From: Octopus sinensis
Lineage: Eukaryota
Length of the DNA stretch: 10,137 bases
NCBI RefSeq assembly: GCF_006345805.1
Contig: NW_021827476.1
Span: 1-10,137, forward strand
Direction of reading: 5' to 3'
Part shown: in pieces, positions 8,730 through 10,137 of the stretch
How positions within the stretch are numbered: the first letter of the stretch is position 1
Layout: each line of letters opens with the position of its first letter
Made by a program: the position numbers and the translations under genes
The notes under the pieces: generated by a model
The model's database searches: none
Told to the model about the DNA's origin: nothing
What the model saw: only the letters and a program-made list of their open reading frames with translations

Positions 8730-9653
8730 CGAGGTGAGGTGTATGCTGTTGCCGGCGGTGTCCACCTTGGGTCTATTTGCTGTGGCGGTCTTGTGTATTG
8801 TGGACAGTCCCATCTGCGAGTTTGAGTTTGATGGAGCCAGGTTAGCTGCTGTACAATCTTTTGTGCCATGCACAAAAAAGATTCTTGTTCAGTAGCTGCC
8901 CTTTCAATAACATGTTGGCGATTTGTAGCACGCACCACATCTGTGTACCTCCGTTTTGGAGCAGGTGGTGCGTGTCCATTCCTTTTTCCTTTTGGTAGTT
9001 GGTTTCTGACTGTTTCGTGCTTATGTGGTAGGGTCTTTGATGTACAAAACGGCAGCCTGCACCTTCCTCTCCATGCCAGTAGACACCTTTCAGGTAGAAT
9101 TTACACATTCGTGTGCGCTGTCTGTTTCTATCATTTTTGGTACATGGATAGTCAGGTTTGCTTCTATCCTTGGCTGTTTCATTTTTTGGTTTTGTTTGAG
9201 TTTCAGTTTTCCTTCTTTGGCTGTTTCATCTCTTGTTTTTCTTTTAGTTTTTCCTCCTTTTATTTCTTTTTTGGCTCTTTCATCTCCATGGTTTTTGGTG
9301 CTGGTAGGAGCACTTGCACTTGGGTTTACTTCCCGGGCAGGTTTCTCACTTGAATCTTCTTCCTGTGTGTCTACCAAGTGGGGGTGACTTCTTTCATCAG
9401 CACCCGCATCTCAATCCTTGCCATCTTTACTTTGTTCGTTGTCGAAGATGGCATCAAGCGTGCCAATGTAAGATCTTATGAGTGCATAGGAGCGTATAAA
9501 CTCTTGCTTCTTTCGCTCTATCTGAGCTATTGTCCTTTTATATCCACTGCTCTTCAGCGCAGTTGTAATTATGTTGTTCGGATTATCTCCGTCGGCGCAT
9601 TGACAGGCTCTTCGGATCAACTCCAATTCATTGCTTCTCCAGATTCTGGACAT
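8717..9653 (-). pseudogene. LINE ORF1, about 312 aa after correction: Myb/SANT-like N-terminus, charged linker, CCCH-type zinc finger, Q/P-rich C-terminus
   Basis: ORF 9653..9411 is in frame with 9377..9090 across one TGA (9411-9413). A -1 shift at about 9112 enters CKFYLKGV(Y)WHGEEGAGCRFVH. A -1 shift at about 9039 restores HPK and runs to TGA at 8717-8719, overlapping the ORF2 ATG (8729) by 13 nt. Confidence 0.78.
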
Positions 9654-9698
9654 TTTGGATATTTTATTTATCTATCTAATTATATTTGAAATTTAATA

Positions 9699-9960
9699 GT
9701 GTGATAGAGGGTAGAGAAGAAATGAGAAAGAAAGTCTCTATGTATTTAGAGAGATTGAGAGCTGAGAGAAGATAAGAAGAGAGTAGAGAAGAAAGTTCGC
9801 GACTATATATTTTAGAAAAATTGAGCTGAGAGAGGAATATGTGTGACAGAGAGAAGTAGAGAAGTGAAGAGACAAGTCAAGATTGAGCGCTGAAAGAAGA
9901 AAGATGGTGTGATAGAGAAAAGTGAAGAGAGAGAGAGAGAAAGAAAAGAAAGAGAGGAGG
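9699..9960 (-). repeat. Pyrimidine-rich (on minus strand) degenerate tandem repeats upstream of ORF1; putative LINE 5' UTR
   Basis: Plus-strand anchors recur: ATTGAG..CTGA at 9754/9820/9882, GTAGAGAAG at 9711/9783/9856, GTGTGA(T/C)AGAG at 9699/9841/9907. Confidence 0.6.
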
Positions 9961-10137
9961 TTACGAAGCTGCATAGAAAATGAAGATTAAGAATGAAATT
10001 ATTAAAGAAAAGCTGGAATAGAAAATGAAAGATTATTACAGGATGTAAATTATAAATATATATACTTGACCGTAGCTACAAACGTTTTCTTCTAAACTAA
10101 ATAATTGCGACTATACTTCTAATGTTCGCGTCTATAT

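Larger units (their letters stand above)
5669..9960 (-). mobile_element. Near full-length CR1-like LINE (non-LTR retrotransposon), disrupted as assembled
   Basis: ORF1 plus an APE-RT ORF2, short 3' UTR ending GGCGGTGCCCCAGCATGGCCACAGCTTGTGAGCTGAAACTAGATAAAT-A9-(TTA)n. The 5' boundary is uncertain (somewhere 9700-10060). The clade call rests on YADDTK, GVPQGTVLGP and the C-terminal LYSLERRRERY and FLSGIPDEP motifs, and needs an RT phylogeny. Confidence 0.9.

Noticed and set aside
7579-9689. Plus-strand ORFs overlapping the LINE (e.g. 8868..9353, 9025..9387, 8132..8494, 9378..9689)
   Set aside because: Antisense shadows of the A-rich LINE coding strand, with no motifs of their own.
9960-10137. 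LINE 5' boundary and TSD near the tatatata at about 10058
   Set aside because: The only match to the 3' flank is generic (TA)n, so no TSD can be defined.

Overview
AT-rich eukaryotic intergenic or intronic DNA, dense in microsatellites. No host gene is confidently identifiable. The right half (about 5669 to 9960, minus strand) is a near full-length CR1-like non-LTR retrotransposon (LINE) that is disrupted as given. ORF2 (8729->5775, APE endonuclease + RT, about 985 aa reconstructed) has 2 in-frame stops and 6 frameshift sites. ORF1 (9653->8717, about 312 aa reconstructed) has 1 stop and 2 frameshifts, and carries an N-terminal Myb/SANT(trihelix)-like motif plus a CCCH-type zinc finger. The element also has a repetitive pyrimidine-rich 5' region and a 3' stem-loop followed by an A9(TTA)n tail. 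Its 3' end is duplicated in inverted orientation, giving a 563-bp imperfect palindrome (5220-5782). The left half holds two tRNA-derived SINE families: one CORE-like copy, and three modular copies of a second family, one with a 14-bp TSD. It also has a hAT-like TIR remnant, a triplicated ~47-nt unit embedded in (AT)n, and many simple repeats. The SINEs resemble octopus SINEs as I recall them, so a cephalopod source is likely but unverified. No prokaryotic-type system is present. The most novel-looking items are the ORF1 domain architecture, the fold-back of the LINE tail and the modular SINE structure. Several indel patterns could be long-read assembly errors.
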